Positions 62,841 through 64,000 of a stretch of 64,000 nt of DNA are shown one piece after another. The position numbers and the translations under genes are program-made. The notes beneath the pieces are model-generated. The model made no database searches and was not told the origin of the DNA. It saw only the letters and a program-made list of their open reading frames with translations. Positions within the stretch are counted from its first letter, which is position 1. Each line of letters starts with the position of its first letter. This DNA is from Candidatus Latescibacterota bacterium (GTDB lineage: Bacteria; Latescibacterota; UBA2968), in NCBI GenBank assembly GCA_965198115.1, contig OZ240241.1:6112001-6176000 (forward strand), written 5' to 3'.

Positions 62841-64000
62841 CGGATCAACTGTGCGACCTCGGAAACTCTACACGACAAACTTCCGCTCCATCGACCCCGG
62901 CTGGGTCGAGCCAGATCCCGACGACTCCCGCGTGAGCCAAACGTCGGACGGTCTCATTCTCGATGCAGGCGACCTAATGGTCACTCTCGACGGCCCCGGG
63001 ATCCATACCAGAAACGGCGACATCATCGAATTGGGTTTCGAGATCGTCGGCGGTACGCGTGGCCGTATTTCGTTCGGCTTCACAGGCGGCATGGAATCAG
63101 CCGTCGCGACACTCGACCTCGCCAAACGGACCGCCGAGCTGCGAACCTCCGATTGGTCCTCACCTCAACCCGCCGATGCTCAGCGAACAACCCTCCGCCG
63201 AGTGAAACCACACATCCTCCGAATCGAGAAACGGGAGGGTGTCGGTAATCTCGTCAAAATGGCCGACATCAAAGTCATCCTGGATGATCGGGCGATCCTG
63301 AACGCGTCGGACGTCAACGTGCTACCCGAAATGGGTGTCCGGATCGGTGTCGAAGGATGTGCCGTCAGAATCAGGCACTTTACGCATCACGGAATACCGT
63401 CGCCCGTTCCCGAGTATCTGCACGTCGCGGGATGGCAGATCCTCAACCGGCCAGACATCGCTGCAAACGCAGCTTCACTCATCCGTGGCATCGAGGTCGC
63501 GGCCGAACGAGGCATTCGGCTTCTCGTCACTCCCGAGACCTCCCTAACCGGTCTCTTCCCTCGCGACGCGGTCACCCAGAGGCGGAAACCGATCGAAGCA
63601 GCCGAATCCAAACTTCGCCAGACCATCGGAGGAATCCGGAACGCCCCTTATTGTGTGGTCGGACTGCCCGTCTGGGAATCCCGCACCGACCACCGTCGCC
63701 GATCGACACGCTACAACGTCAGCCGCGTCTACGCCCCCGACGGCCACATTGTCGACACGTATCCCAAAATCCACTCCTGCGAGACCGAATTCTGGCACGG
63801 GTATCGACTCCAGGAGTTCGACGTCGACGGGGTCCCGATCTCCATGCACATCTGTCACGACGGACGTTATCCGGAAACCTGGACGCTCCCCGTCATGTTC
63901 GGAGCACGACTCATTCTCCATCCATCGAACGGCGGAATCGTCACCGGCAGTGTCGACGCCTTCGAGAAAGACGCCAGCCGGTCGACATCGACGTCACACG
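62833..64000 (+). CDS. Carbon-nitrogen hydrolase (nitrilase superfamily) with extra N-terminal beta-rich domain; runs off the window end
   Basis: Own translation from ATG 62833 (not in the ORF track) stays open: LVTPETSLTG (E), YNVSRVYAPDG...YPKIH (K), ICHDGRYPE (C). Start overlaps the activator's last codons. Confidence 0.88.
   Translation, partial: MLDGSTVRPRKLYTTNFRSIDPGWVEPDPDDSRVSQTSDGLILDAGDLMVTLDGPGIHTRNGDIIELGFEIVGGTRGRISFGFTGGMESAVATLDLAKRTAELRTSDWSSPQPADAQRTTLRRVKPHILRIEKREGVGNLVKMADIKVILDDRAILNASDVNVLPEMGVRIGVEGCAVRIRHFTHHGIPSPVPEYLHVAGWQILNRPDIAANAASLIRGIEVAAERGIRLLVTPETSLTGLFPRDAVTQRRKPIEAAESKLRQTIGGIRNAPYCVVGLPVWESRTDHRRRSTRYNVSRVYAPDGHIVDTYPKIHSCETEFWHGYRLQEFDVDGVPISMHICHDGRYPETWTLPVMFGARLILHPSNGGIVTGSVDAFEKDASRSTSTSH

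Noticed and set aside
1-64000. CRISPR array, rRNA or tRNA genes
   Set aside because: No regularly spaced repeat-spacer series and no recognisable rRNA or tRNA motifs by eye. Long repeats are IS copies; short ones have only 3-4 units.

Overview
GC-rich bacterial chromosomal window. The gene families (DUF6785/6784-type membrane protein, DUF5686, GldAFG-like ABC, PhyH, beta-propeller sensor kinase) suggest an FCB-group organism such as Latescibacterota; this is inference. It holds about 38 non-transposase genes, including ilvD, glpK, lpxH-like, pepC, mug, AlkZ-like, a UvrD-like helicase, two FKBPs and tesA/ybbAP-like. There are 8 IS elements (~11.2 kb, ~17%): five near-identical 1420-bp ISL3 copies (one truncated), an IS1380 carrying a nested IS256 and a nested ISL3, and an ISAzo13 at a deletion junction. 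Many genes have single-base frameshifts, mostly in short homopolymers, probably long-read errors. No rRNA, tRNA or CRISPR array was seen. Best leads: (1) a UvrD helicase with a nested degenerate RecJ-like segment that itself contains an intact DEDDh exonuclease; (2) a complete sigma-54 module (-24/-12 box, IHF site, paired UAS) with an atypical enhancer-binding protein, paralogous exported targets and a coupled two-domain nitrilase; (3) a CPBP protease fused to a PL2-like lyase; (4) bacterial homologues of animal ANKH and carnosine N-methyltransferase; (5) a candidate structured RNA with terminator split by the IS nest; (6) tandem HEAT/CPCH/zinc-finger paralogues. All family assignments come from motif recognition by eye, not database searches.
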